64,000 nucleotides of DNA, taken from positions 83,172,569-83,236,568 of the forward strand of contig NC_092377.1 of NCBI RefSeq assembly GCF_030028105.1, given 5' to 3'. Below the pieces are notes generated by a model, which searched no databases, was not told where the DNA came from, and saw only the letters and a program-made list of their open reading frames with translations. This DNA is from Mobula birostris (taxonomy: Eukaryota). Each line of letters opens with the position of its first letter. Position 1 is the first letter of the stretch. Position numbers and translations under genes: made by a program. Positions 24,500-37,625 of the stretch are shown piece after piece.

Positions 24500-24815
24500 T
24501 AGAGTTAGAGGTAAAGCACAGAAGCCTATTTAGTCCATTACAAAACCATTTAAACTGCCTACTCCCATCAACCTGCACTGGGACCATAGCCCTCTATACA
24601 CCAACTATTCATGTACCTATCGAAACACCTCCTAATCGTTGAAATCGGGGTGCTAGCAGTTCATTCCCCACTCTCAAGACCCTCTGAGTGAAAATGTTTC
24701 CCCTCATATTCCCCTTAAACTTCTCACCGTTCACTCTTAACCCATGCCCTCCGGTTGTAGTCCCACCCAACCTCAGTGGAAAAAGCCTGCTTGCATTTAC
24801 CCTATCTATATTCAT
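24500..24815 (-). mobile_element. CR1 3' fragment
   Basis: DRVNASRLFP...GHGLRV...FTQRV motif. Confidence 0.7.
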
Positions 24816-24877
24816 CAAAAAGGATCACAAGTGGTTTGAGCCAACACCTCTGTTGGTTGGGCCACATTTATGGAGGG

Positions 24878-25390
24878 ATTGAGACCCTTCAGTTAGACAG
24901 AGATATTGGATACAGCCAGAGGTGAGGGGAAGATGTGGAGCAAGAGCAGGCAGGTGATAGGTGAATCTCCATGAAGAGGAGTGATTGGCATATGGAGGAA
25001 GGAACAGTGGAAATATTCATGGAAGCTGGGAGACAATAAAGTACTGCAGATTATGGAATCTGATAGGAAGGGAAGGTGGAGCATGGAATCAAGTGAGGGA
25101 GTGGTGGGGTTGGCATATGGAAACAGTCGAGGAAGTGACCCAGTGGGAGGAGTGTGTGGGTGACAGTCAGATATTCTGGATGGAGGGGAGAAATGAAACA
25201 GGGTGATGGGAGAGGCTGGTTTGTGTGAGTATAGGCGGAACAGGAGGTGAAAGGGACAGAAGGAGTGCAGGTTATCCAGGAATTGAGAATACAATGGTTC
25301 CTGCCATTGGGTTGTAGACTACACAGGAAGACTATGATGAGCTATTCCTTTAGTTTGCATTTGGCAGGAGAGGAAGCTGAGGACAGATAG
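24878..25390 (-). mobile_element. Penelope 3'/terminal fragment
   Basis: GAGACCCTTCA start, purine-rich spacer, GIY-YIG end remnant (GCCATTGGGTTGTAGACTAC). Confidence 0.55.
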
Positions 25391-27924
25391 AACCAAAGGG
25401 GATAACTTCATTTGACCCATCATTGAAATGTTCTGCAACCTATGGTCTCACTTTCAAACACACTTCATCTCATGTTCTCGATACTTATTGCTTATTTATT
25501 TATTACTATTATTTCTTCCTTTGTGTATTTGCACATTTCATTGTCTTTCGCACGCTGGTTGAACACACAAGTTGCTGCAGTCTTTTATTGATTCTGTTAT
25601 GGTTGTTTTTCTATGAATTTATTGAGTATGCCTGGAAGAAAATGAATATCAGGGTTGCATATAGTAACATATATCTATATATCTATTTCAGTTATAAATT
25701 TACATTAAAATTTCAGTCTATCCCAGCTCTCAGAATATTTCCATCAGTCCCATTCCAACATTTATTTCCCTGTAGCATATTGTACTCGTTACATATGCCC
25801 ATTAGTAACACCCTGATTCCCTTACATTCCATCTACTTTAGGGATCATTGTGTGAATGATTAAACTCGCATAAAGTCACTCAGGTCAGGATTCAACCTGG
25901 TTTCTTGTAGCACAGAGATATTTCTTGCTACACCATTGCAAATCACAGAATACGCTAACTCTGAGAATTCCTCTCAATCCCTTCTCCCACCATTTCTCTC
26001 TCTCACTTTCCCATCAACAATATCCAAATTCTCTTATCACCATCCTTGAGGTCAGACAACCCACCAGCCAACCAACCACCACACTTCCTAAGGATATATT
26101 TATTCTTAATACCTTTACAAATCAACACAAAACCTAAAAAAAACTCACTCCTGAAGATTCAACAGCCAAAGCTACTTGAGGCAAAGATAGTTCTGGATGT
26201 CTGCTATCCTTTTTGTGAGTGGAAAAAAGTAAGTATCACAATTGCAGTCCGAAGTGTCCTGAACTGAATTCCAAGACAGTATTATGGATTTTGCCTTTGA
26301 TTTGAGTTGGAAGAACCCAGTAAGTTCCTCAAAGTTAATGTTAAACCAAAAGATCTGGTTCCTTTCTTCATTCCAAATAATTGGAGAGATATTTTTGACT
26401 CTTCCCAAAAATATACTTCATTTGTACTGTGTACAGAAAACACAACTAGCATTATCATTTTCTACATTCATAAAACTAAGAAAGTCAATACATTTCCTTA
26501 CAAAGCATCAGTTAAACTCAGGTTTGTTCCTTAGTCAATAGACTTGTCAAACATCTGAGAGGCATTCACAGTGCTCAGCCCCTCAGTCCTTAGATTGCAG
26601 TATCCTAGAGTGAGCTGCTTCCCAACAGAGCCTTTGTGTTACCCACACTGAAATTCATTGCAGCCCCTAGCACATATTCCAGCTCCCTGGAATGTGCCAG
26701 TTGATAGCATTCAGTTGTGAACATCTCTGTTCTGATTGTGAATGAGCCACATTAAGACCAAAGCTGAAGATGAGGAAGGACTTTATTTAACAATATAAGC
26801 AGACATTAATGGAGAATCTATCCCTTTCTTAGAAACATGCAGAAGAAACTCTGCAGTACAGTGAGACTTTAAACTTTTCAAACACAAACATCACTATTAG
26901 CAATTAGATATAGTTTCACTGGTTGTGATTAGAGTAATTTCCATCACTTTTAACACTAATTCCAAGGAAAGAAGGGAAAGTAAAGATGGATGGATTCATA
27001 CAGCTTAAAACACAAGAGGATCTGCAAATTTATTTCACTTTCAATAGCAAAATCATACAGTTGGTCACATTTGATTTCCTTGAAGCACAGGAAGCACAGC
27101 ACAAGAAAGTAAATCTCAAGGTTGTATCTGGTGACATATATGTAATTTGATAATAAATCTACTTTTTACTTTGCACTATGATTAATTCAAACATCCTCTC
27201 AATATGTAGCTAACAACACCACAATGGCTCAGTTATTCATTCCCTTTCTCTCCTTCTACAAATAAAAATGAACTCACAAGTTGCCACACCTCTTGAAATA
27301 TTTTAAAACACATAAACCACGCTTCATGTGTTCTTTGATACTTAGCGGTCCATTGGTTTTTGGTGCAAACAAATTTAGTTATTTGGCACTACTTTAAAAT
27401 AAAATACTAACACTTTAGTCATTGGCCATGCAATAAATCACAAAGGTATTCAGGATAATTCCTCAAATGTTGTGACTAGGAGGCCAGAACTGAAGAAGCA
27501 AAAGATGTTTGTTCAGTGCAACAAACAAGCAGTCTGGTGGATTCAGTCTGCATGCCGCACTTCAATACAAAATATTCGATTTCTTTTCTCGCTCAGATGT
27601 TGCGCCATGGACTGATTGTTCCTTTTGATGCTCCAGATTTCAGCATCTGCAGTCTCTTGTGTCTGGAGGATCCAACTCTTTTGGAGATACTTTGGAGAAA
27701 CTCTGCAGTGCCAGGTGGATTTATACTCTTTAAGCACAAAGATAAGAATAAGTGATTAAATAAGGCCTCACTGGTTACAATTATCCACCTGCACAGTTTA
27801 GGTGTAGACAGGTAACCTTGTGGGATAAAATATTTACAATGTTAGCACATCTCAACTGACAGAACTCATTCGCATATTCAAATACCAGTGGATGGTCTGA
27901 GGGGTTCTGAGCAAAGAACAGGTC

Positions 27925-28092
27925 TTAGTTTGTTCTTTATCACGTGGTAGCATCATGACGTATGTAATTCACGTAGTTTTACATATAAAACCCATAATAA
28001 ATTATGTTTGTAGTTAAACAAACAAGAATGCTTAATTAAACAATATATTTACAATATTATTCAAATATTACTTAAATATTAAGTACTCAACA
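27925..28092 (-). mobile_element. Possible LTR remnant
   Basis: Begins TGTTG on the minus strand; AT-rich body with an ACGT cluster; resembles Gypsy-type LTR starts. Confidence 0.35.
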
Positions 28093-28207
28093 GCCAGTAC
28101 ATTCCCTGTTCTCAACCTGTCTCTATCAATGAGGGGCAATTAATATAATTTTTTTTGGTCATCACAGAGTACTTACAACAATGCAACATTAGAACATCCC
28201 ATGCCAA

Positions 28208-28645
28208 ATAGTCATAGTCATAGTCATAGTCTATTGATCCCAGGGGAAATTGGTTTTCGTTACAGTTGCACCATAAATAATAAATAGTAATAGAAAAAGT
28301 AATAGTAATATTACTATTAGTAAATAGTAATAGTCATAGAAATAATAAATAGTAATAGAATAGTAGTAGAAAATAGTAATTAATAGTTAAATAGTAATAT
28401 GTAAATTATGAAATAAGTCCAGGACCAGTCTATCAGCTCAGGGTGTCTGACCCTCCAAGGGAGGAGTTGTAAAGTTTGATGGCCACAGGCAGGAATGACT
28501 TCCAGTGACACTCAGTGCTGCATCTTGGAGGAATGAGTCTCTGGCTGAATGTACTCCTGTGCCCGCTCAGTACATTATGTAGTGGATGGAAGACATTGAC
28601 CAAGATGGCATGCAACTTAGACAGCATCCTCTTCTCAGACACCAA
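28208..28645 (-). mobile_element. Rex1/Babar-type LINE 3' end with (GACTAT)n tail
   Basis: HPLHNVL...SFLPVAIKLYNSS; same family as 36900-37146; internal (TAGTAA)n expansion at 28280-28400. Confidence 0.8.
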
Positions 28646-29429
28646 TGCTGGTTTCAATGCCCTTAAAATAAAATAATTCTTTATTAAAACCAACTTTCTT
28701 TTTCTTCTCTCTCTTTGTCTATCTCCATCTCTCATTCACATGCTGGTTTCCCAATATCAGCTTTGCTTCCCTCCCCTACCGGCACAATCTGCTTGTCATC
28801 TTACACCTCTCCTCAATCCACCAATCTCCTGGGACTCCTTTATCACTGCCCCTCTTTTCATCTTTTATACCGGCCATCATGAATGTCCATGATGCAGGGG
28901 TTCAAGCAGAAATATTGACAATTCCTTCCCACTATCTCTCTTCCACTCCAATGTTGCTCAACTAGTTGAGTTCTTCCAGCATATTGTTTGTTGCTCCAGA
29001 TTTCAGTATTTGCAGTCTCTTGTGTCTCCAGGAATTTTTATTTTGAATACTGATTCCCATTTTTATCAACAAGCTCATATCCCATAACACCTAAAAGATG
29101 TCCAATTCCTGACAATCGCGAACAATCCTTAATAATCCTTACAGGGGAAGATCATTAAGTTCTGGACAGACCAAACCATGTCTTTTGCTGAATTTGTTAT
29201 TTTCCAGCACCTACTGATGTTTGTTTCAGAATATTTCCCTGGAAACAGCCCCCAGAAGGGAGTCCTTTATTATGCAGACTCTTAGGATGAACGTTAACAA
29301 AGACCATTGCATCCCTTTTCATAACTTCTTGGCCAACACACAATCTACATGTAAGCGGGGGAGGGGTGATGCTTATGATATAAGTTAATTTCTGAAAGTA
29401 GAAATATTGTGATATTCAAATACAAAAGT

Positions 29430-30060
29430 CTAATTTTTACATAGTTAATACTTTGTTTTTTCTACAAAGCTAAAAAAATGTATTCACACAAACGTACAAA
29501 ATACAAACATGATGTATTTACAAGACAGTGAACAAATTCTAATTAAAATATGATTATTACTGTCTATAAACAGTCAATTTCCTAGAGGGGGCTGAATGTT
29601 CCAGGAAATCTCCCACTGTACCCATGGTGACCGCATGCTCCCTCTTCAAGGACACCGGGGCAGGAAGGTATCCCCGAGCTAGGGGCAGGCAGTCAGCCCA
29701 GGCATTGCCCTCGACTGCCCACTGCCTGGACCTGTGAATGGCCCTCTTGGCCAGGCCTAGGAGCAATCCAGCCAGTAGATCCTCCGAGTGATCGCACCCA
29801 CCCCCGCCCGCCCCGTACTGGATGCCCGTATATCCAGAGTGTAGAGTTGAAGTGCAACCAAAACCTGAGGAGTAACCCTTTTGATATTCAAATAGGGGCT
29901 GAAACCGCTCCCATTCCATAGAAATGTAGTACAGTGACTCCTCCCTGCCACAGAATGCACATATGGACAGGGTGTCAGTGAACCAATTTAGAATTCTACC
30001 ATCCCAGGTTTCCAATGTACAGGGGAAGGACCTCTACATAAACAGATTTAAAGTGGGGAC
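29430..30060 (-). mobile_element. Tx1-type LINE 3' fragment
   Basis: Zinc-knuckle-like CAFCGREESLYY followed by LLLGLAKRAIHRSR, typical of Tx1 ORF2 C-termini. Confidence 0.7.
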
Positions 30061-30064
30061 CTCC

Positions 30065-30865
30065 CCTACTTTATTTATTATCAAAGCATGTATAATTTAT
30101 GCAACCTTGCGATTCATCTGCTCACAAGCGGCCATAAAGCAAGAAACACGCAAGAGCCTGATTTTTTAAAAAAGAACAGCTCTCAATGGACAGAAAAAGA
30201 GAAAATAACACAAATCATGCAAACAATAACAGCAAGCAACATCATTCAGAACCAAATGGAGTCCATAGACTCGGACCTGGAGCCGCTGGAGTAGGCCAGG
30301 AGTCTCAATCTCAGTTCATCTTACATGGGGAAACTTACTGTTAAAGTTAGAGATACAAAGCCTGAAGCAGTCTCAGAGCCTCAGTGCTGCAGAGAGAGGA
30401 GTAAACGCTGTGGAACAGCGAGCAGAATTAGTCTGACACCCACCTCCTGTCCCGACACCCTGCCTTATTGGTCTCTCTGGTCCGAAATTTAAATTGTCCA
30501 AACACCAGGTCGTGCCGCGCACTAGGACTTGGGCCCTGTGACAGCGATATGCTCTGGGCCTGCCCGAACTTGACGTTTCCAAATTGGCTTGACGATTAGA
30601 TCAATCCAACTTCACTCCTGGTTGAGGTGGACAGGCTCTGACTCCCTTCCGATTCACTTGCTGCCACTCCATCTGTGATTCTGTCACAAACATGCCTCAA
30701 CCTCATTCTGACTTTGCATCACAGCTGCACGCCTCTACCCTCGACTCAGCCTTGCCTTTGCAGTGATAGTTTACCACAATTTACCACAGAAAAAGTGTTA
30801 TTAATAAAGCATTTAGTTGTAATTCTTGCCTTATGAACCACCTTCAGTAGCGCCATCTTAAACCA
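30065..30865 (-). mobile_element. Non-coding interspersed repeat, second copy
   Basis: Homologous to 14255-15155; ends GCGCCATCTTAAACC. Confidence 0.6.
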
Positions 30866-31344
30866 TACGTCAATCAGAAGTTCCATCTGTTAATTGTGGC
30901 CAAATGTCTTAGTTTTTCTCTGTTGGCTTTGATATTTCTCAAAAATCACATCACATACTGCCTTTAACATTTCCCTTTACAACTCAGTGTAGATTCTTCC
31001 AGCCCACTTATTTTTATACTTCCGGAGATCTTTTAAGCTTGAAACTGCCTTTTGCATTATTTATTGACCTTTGATCTCAACAGGACTAGAGATGTTTTGC
31101 CCTTTGAAGATGCATATTATTTTACATTAAAGATATTCCACAGCTGATTTGTCCCTCTAAAACAGTTCAATCCAGTTTATTGTAGGCTATATTTGTATTT
31201 CATCAGTTTGCCCAACTGATTGGTTTGTGTTTTCCCCTGCACTCACTACTGTCAATTTTAAATGTTATTATGGTCTTTATTCAAGACTACCATGAGATTT
31301 TTCACTATTTCTGGTTCCTTACCTGTCACCAAATCAATAATCGA

Positions 31345-31592
31345 GATACAAGAGTCTTTAGATGTTGGGACCTACAGCCAAAAAAACAAGCTGCTAGAGG
31401 AGCTCAGCAGGTCAGACAGCAAATGACAGCAGTAAATGGACAGCTGCCATAGCTGTAGGAGAAATACCTTCAGTCCTGATGAGGAGTCTCAGCCCAGAAC
31501 ATCGACTGTTTACTCTTTTCCATAGATGCTGCCTGACCTGCTCAGTTCCTCCAGCAGATCGTTTGAGTTTCCAGCATCTGCAGGTTTTCTCA
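31345..31592. mobile_element. Inverted pair of Penelope terminal repeats with hammerhead-like core
   Basis: Left arm GCTGCTAGAGGAGCTCAGCAGGTCAGACAGCA pairs with right arm TGCTGCCTGACCTGCTCAGTTCCTCCAGCAG; CAGTCCTGATGA...ATCGACTG at 31471-31508. Confidence 0.7.
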
Positions 31593-32149
31593 TTTTGGAG
31601 AAATATCTTGTTTTCGAAGGAGAGGAGAGTTATAAAGAGATGAACATTGCATTGTTCCGTTATATTTCTCAATGAAATCCCAAGACTGAATTGTGATATG
31701 GTTATTCTGAGGTAACCTCTTTACAGATTCAATTGTTTCTCTCTAAGTCAGAAAAAGAAGGAAGAGCTGAATCCCTTAACTCCCTGCCAAATTGTGACTC
31801 TTGGAAGAAGGGTGTTTGAAGGGTGATTGATTAAACTCATTAATATCAATCACTGGGGAACAAAGATGATTTGCTTTTACTCAGTTTCTCTGGGTCTAAG
31901 ATGACTGATGAGGGCCACTGTGGGAACCCTGGACCTTTCTACAGATGGGGCAGGAGGTGGTAAACTGTGATCAGGATTATGGAGGAGAACTCCCTTGATA
32001 AATAGAACGGATGGCATTTGACCATTAGGTGTCAAGGTTGGGGGGAACGGGAGTTTGACAAAACCACCATATGAGAGCACCACCAAGAACTTATCATGAA
32101 GCACACACCTCTATTTTTTGCCATTTCCAAATCAGCAGCTGAGTCCGTG

Positions 32150-32810
32150 CGGTAAATCCAGAAGCTGTTTGGCTTGACGAGATTTGGTATGTCACCAAAG
32201 ACTCTTGCTACAGATGTACTAAGGAGGGGATTCTAGCTACTTCCATCACTGTCTGGAAAGGAGGCATCAGTGCACAGCATCAGAAAAAGCCACAGGATGG
32301 CATGGGATCAGCCATCCCCATCATGGGCACCGGCCTCCCCAACTAGGACGTGTTCAAAAGACAATGCCTCCAGAAGGCAGCACCCATCATTAATGATTCC
32401 CAGGAGCCTGATGACATACACTCAGCATTTTAGGAACAGCTTCTTCTCCTCAGCCATCAGATTTCAGGACAGAACATGGAACCCCTGAACTTAATTCTTC
32501 CTCTCTTTTTGTGCTGCTTATTAATTTATTATAAATATTTCCCATCTTAGCTTATAGGGTTTTTAAAATATATTGCTCTGTACTGCTACTGCAAAAGATT
32601 TCACGACATACGAGGGGTGATAGATAAGTTTGTGGCCTAAGGTAGAAGGAGATGAGTTATACAGCTCTCGTTACATGCACGTGCAGGTCAACTCTTTGAG
32701 TGATCATGCAGAAAACTTGAAGTTAATAACTCATCTCCCTCTACCTTAGGCCACAAACTTATCAATTACCCCTCCTATGTCAGTGATAATAAACCCGATT
32801 CTGATTCTGA
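32150..32810 (+). mobile_element. Rex1/Babar-type LINE 3' fragment hosting a MITE
   Basis: FRNSFFSSAIRF motif; (ATTCTG)n tail; interrupted at 32611. Confidence 0.65.
32611..32775. mobile_element. Tc1/mariner-type MITE, 165 bp
   Basis: ~50-bp TIRs (CGAGGGGTGATAGATAAGTTTGTGGCCTAAGGTAGAAGGAGATGAGTTAT and its near-perfect complement) with TA duplications at 32609-32610 and 32776-32777. Confidence 0.92.
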
Positions 32811-32943
32811 CCCCTGACCTCTGAATTTTAAGTTGTTATTTCCTCTGAGCTGAAGTGGAATTGCTTTCCTCACTGGTGTCACCGGCTAAAGCATTGATGT
32901 TCAAGACAGCAGTGTATGCTGCTGTTGAAATAAGCAGTGCTGA

Positions 32944-33845
32944 TAACTGAGGATTGGTTGCGGATTTTGAAGTTGGTTAACTCTTCTTCGATCTGTGCCA
33001 GTCACTCTTTAATTCAATTTAAAATTGTACATTGTTACTATTTGACAAAGAGAGACTGTCTAAAATGTTTTCTAATGTTGATAGTCAGTGTGATAGATGT
33101 AAAACCGAGACAGCTGCATTGACACATATGTTTTGGTCATGTTCTGTACTGAAACATTTTTGGAAATCTATTTTCTATACAATTTCTAAAGTTTTAAAAA
33201 TTAATCTACAACCTAATAAATTGACAGTTTTGTTTGGTATAATCCCTCCATATATTCATGGTATTTCTCTATCTGACCAACATGTAATTGCATTTGTTAC
33301 ATTATTGGCCAGAAGGGCTATTTTGTTGAAATGGAAAGATGCTTCTGCTCCTACTTTGATACAATGGTTCTCTCAGGTGATGCTATGTCTTAGTTTGGAG
33401 AAAATCAGAAGTCGAACTTTTGATCCTCGATTTGTTTTCGAGAAAAGGTGGGGTTCATTTGCCCGCTACTATCATTTGGTTTGTTAATTAATATGGTTTC
33501 CTTTCGATTTTTGTTTAAATGGATTTGAGTTGGCGGATTGATGTTTTTCTTTTATGGAAGCTTGTATGACGTATGGCTCCAGGGTTGTGCTCCCAATGGT
33601 TTTTTTTTTCTTTTTTTTAAGTTGGTAGGGTTTTTTTTTCTTAGTTAGTAGGGGTTCTTTTTTTTCATTCATAAAAATATCCTTAACACTTTATTTTTTC
33701 TTCTTATTATTGATATATTGCTTAGCTTTGTTAATCAGTCCTTTGCTAACTTAATTCTTCATTGTACATATTGACATATTGTCTTGATTACCTTAATGTA
33801 TTTTTGTTGATCTTTAATTATAATTAATAAAAAAAAATTTAAAAA
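32944..33845 (+). mobile_element. 5'-truncated L1-clade LINE with poly(A) and 18-bp TSD
   Basis: CDRCKTETAALTHMFWSC zinc motif, LLARRAILLKWK, T-rich 3' UTR, AATAAA plus A-tract. TSD TGAAATAAGCAGTGCTGA at 32926-32943 and 33846-33863. Confidence 0.92.
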
Positions 33846-35014
33846 TGAAATAAGCAGTGCTGAAGACTGTAACGTCAAAACAGCCAGCTGATACCTCTCT
33901 CTCCTTTGTTAGTGAGAGAGAGCCTGGGGGATGTTAAAGTGTTGGGATGGACAATGTGTTTTTTTGATGGACTCTTAGATCATGGTCTCTTTGGGGGGGC
34001 TTGCTATTGCTTGTATGGCAGGTGGTGGGGGGCTGATGTTTTTGCTTAGGTAAGTGGGGGGAGGGTGGCTTTGGGTTCTAATGATTTTCTCTCATTCAGT
34101 TTTTGGGGTTTTTCTCCTGTTTCATGGATGTCTGCAAAGAGTACAAATGTCAGGTTGTATATTGTATACATCCTCTGATACTGAAAGGAACCATTGAACC
34201 ACTGAAAAGCAAGCAGCAGATTAATGAGACTCAAAGCGTTGGTCAAAGAGACAAACTTAAAGGAATTGAGTTCCAGAACCTAGACCCGGATTGAAGTGAA
34301 GGAAGTCAGGATGTACTGGAAGCAACAGTAGGGGAAATGGGGCGATGCCAGAGCACTGGTAGAAGTCCCAGAAGCAAAGAGGAGCATGGCCACATGGACA
34401 CATTGGAGAGGCAGAGAATATAAAGTGTGGAGAACAGTGTTAGTTAGCAATCACTACGGATAATAAGAATGCTAGAGTGTTGGATGAGCTCAGGTTTGTG
34501 GACTGTCCACAGTGGGCATAGGACAGGGAATGCATTGAAGTAGTTGGAGTAGTCATCGGGCAGTAATAGTTGTTGGGAGATTTGGCTGCACTCAGACAGA
34601 TCTAATTATCAATTGTGATATTGAAGGAATAATAATTGGCTTAATCACGGAGAGAATATGAATCTGGAAGCTCAAATCACCAGCACGTTGATTTGATTTG
34701 CTGAGAGACAGTCACATTCAGATAACTGGAATGGAACTATTTCTGGGAATCAATGTGATGTTTCTGGTCATCTTCCTTACCACTGTGTCACAGACATCCA
34801 TCCTATTTAAATAATTTACACAGCTTTTAAAATGCTGATACTGCACTAATAGATCAGGGCCTTAATGTAGGATTTCTCCAGCAGCGAAGCAAAAGTGCCA
34901 AGAATAGGCTTCACCAAACCTTTGTAAACAGCATACTAAGTGGCAAGGAAGGGTGAAAGGGCCGGATCTCAAAAATGACAAGACAGAGTACAGGAAAGAG
35001 ATAGAGAGCAATCA

Positions 35015-35990
35015 AGAAAACAATCTTTCTTCAGTGTCAGCAAAACAAAAGAGCTGCTCATTGACTTCAGGAAGCAGGGCGAGTACACATCCCTGTATAT
35101 ATCAACAGTGCTGCAAGGGAGATGGTTGACAGCTTCTAATCCTAAGTGTAAATATCACTAACAACTTGTCCTCATTCAACTACATAGAGGCTATGGCCAA
35201 GAAAGCCATCCAAAGCCTCTATTTCCTGTGAAGGCTGAGGATGTTCAGCAATATTTGCAATGACCCTCACCAATTTCTACAGGTGCACCATAGAATGTCT
35301 TCATCTGGATGCCTCACAGTTTAGTATGGGAACTGCTCTGTCTAAATGCCAGAAATTGCAGAGAGTTGTGAACACAGCCCGGTCTACCAACAAACCAGCC
35401 TCCCTCTATTGACTCTGTCTACATTTCCTAATGCCTAGGAAAACAGACAACAGAATCAAGGACCCCCCCCCCCCCCCACCCCTACAACTTCAGTCATTCC
35501 CTCCTTCCTCTTTTCAGACAGAAGATACAAAAAGTCAAGCTGAAGATTTTGGTTCTTCCCCCTTCCTTTCCACTTGATGAAGTGTCTCTCTTGGCCCAAA
35601 ACAATGACTCTTTATTCCTTTCCATAGATTCTGCCTGACCAGCTGAGTTCCTCTGGCATTTTGTGTGTGTTACTCTGGAAGACATAAAAGCTTGAGCACA
35701 CACACCGTTAGTTTCAAGAGCAGCCTCTAATCTGCTGTTATAAGATTTTTGAATGCAGCTTTTGTATGATAAAGATGAACTCTTGGTCTCTCAATCTACC
35801 TGGTCATGGTCTTTGTCCTTTTCCAACTGCACTGCACTTTCTCTGTAACTGTACACTATATTTTACACTCTCTTGTTGTTTTTCCTTTTGTGCTATCTAA
35901 CTGTACTTATGTATGGAATGGCCTGAATGAATGGCATGCAACAAACACAAGTTTTCACTGCAGCACCATGTATGTAACAGCAATATGCAA
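35015..35990 (+). mobile_element. Rex1/Babar-type LINE 3' fragment interrupted by a Penelope terminal repeat (~35550-35680)
   Basis: NNLSFSVSKTKELLIDFRK-like sequence at 35018-35075; poly-C run at 35463-35477. Confidence 0.65.
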
Positions 35991-36309
35991 ATCAACATCA
36001 ATTCTCAAGGGCAGGATCCCTAGCACTTGATGTTGCCACTGAACCACAAGCCAAATTGAAGACATGGCTGAATGCCAGCACTGCATGTTCTTTTTTCTCC
36101 CCCCTCCATTTCACTAAACCCATGTGGGATTCTCTCAATAGCTCACTTCTCATTGGAACAAGATCTCATGAAACACATAATTATTACAGCTCCTAAGAGC
36201 AACTCGTACACTAAGATTCACACAGCGCACTTACTGATCTCAGCAGGAGCTTTACAAACAACCTGCATATATAGAGCTATACAATAAAGTAACAAAATGA
36301 TTTGTAGGC

Positions 36310-36492
36310 ACAAACACAAGAGATTCTGCAGATGCTGGGCAACACACACAAAATGCTGGAGAGGTTCAGCAGCACCAATATTGAGGAATACCCACTCGAC
36401 GTGTCAGACAGATGTCAAGACTTGCCTTTGATTACCCTTCCATAGATGCTGCCTGATTTGCTGAGTTCCTCCAGCATTTTTTTGCATGCTGC
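36310..36492. mobile_element. Inverted pair of Penelope terminal repeats
   Basis: AAAATGCTGGAGAGGTTCAGCAG ... TGCTGAGTTCCTCCAGCATTTT fold-back. Confidence 0.6.
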
Positions 36493-36899
36493 AAAAGATC
36501 TGAATAGATGGCATACAAAATACAGTTTCTTCCTGAACCTCAATACATGTGACAATAAAATAATTTACTAATTTTACCTGTTTTCAAAATGCAATCCTTT
36601 CAATTCCTCCAGAGATAAGTTTTGTTATTATACTTTGGTGTATTTTGGGGTAATTTTTTCTCTTTTTCAATTTTTTTTTGTTTCCTTCTCTTCACCTTTC
36701 TGCATAGACTCTTCAGCCAATAGTATTCTCAGCATTACATGGGAATATCACAGAAACACCACAAACAGCAAGAATAAGCCTCAGTCCACAGAATGTTTAA
36801 ATTCCAGGATCAACTTCATTTCCCCATCATGCGACAAATCCTATGATTTCATCAGTGCCCTAAATCATTCCATCTCAGTACTGAATATTCTTAGAGTTA

Positions 36900-37146
36900 T
36901 AGGAAGTCATTCCTGCCTGTGGCCATCAAACTTTACAACTCCTCCCATGGAGGGTCAGACACCCTGAGCCAATAGGCTGGTCCTGGACTTATTTCCTGGC
37001 ATAATTTACATATTATTATTTAACCATTTATGGTTTTATTACTATTTATTATTTCTGGTGCAACTGTAACAAAAAACAATTTCCCCCGGGATCAATAAAG
37101 TATGACTATGACTATGACTATGACTATGACTATGACTATGACTATA
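36900..37146 (+). mobile_element. LINE 3' end with (GACTAT)7 tail
   Basis: Reverse complement of 28208-28505; perfect GACTAT repeat at ~37101-37146. Confidence 0.85.
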
Positions 37147-37379
37147 GAAACCAAAAGGGTGCTGGGTGAAAACTTCTAAAGAATACAAACCTCTAAATAT
37201 GAGAAGGAGAAAAAAACTTTGCCCTAAGTAACTGATGTCTGGCTGTAAATTCTCGATTTTTTACCCAGAGCAACCATGCCATAAGGATTTTCTTTCAATG
37301 ATATCACCTCTGCATCTCTTATGGGGCAATTGCCTCATCCCAAGAATCAATGTCATGAATACTTGTTATATTGTATTTC

Positions 37380-37610
37380 CCTCAATCACAGGACTCTGCA
37401 GAGAGTGGTGCAGACAGCCCAGTGCATCTGTAGATGTGAACTTCCCACTATTCAGGACATTTACAATGGCAGGTGCGTAAAAAGGACCCAAAGGATCACT
37501 GAGGACCTGAGTCACCCTAACCACAAACTGTTCCAGCTGCTACCAATTTTTACTCCTCGTGCATGTGAAGGATGTAATAAGTAAAGTCAATTCAATTCAA
37601 TTCAGTTCAA
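37380..37610 (+). mobile_element. Rex1/Babar-type fragment with (CAATT)n tail
   Basis: Matches 4524-4690; tail family shared with 47183-47365 (-). Confidence 0.75.
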
Positions 37611-37625
37611 AATGTTTGTTATTGT

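Noticed and set aside
37101-37146. Short tandem repeats as a CRISPR-like array
   Set aside because: No spacers; these are simple microsatellite tails of LINEs in a vertebrate genome.
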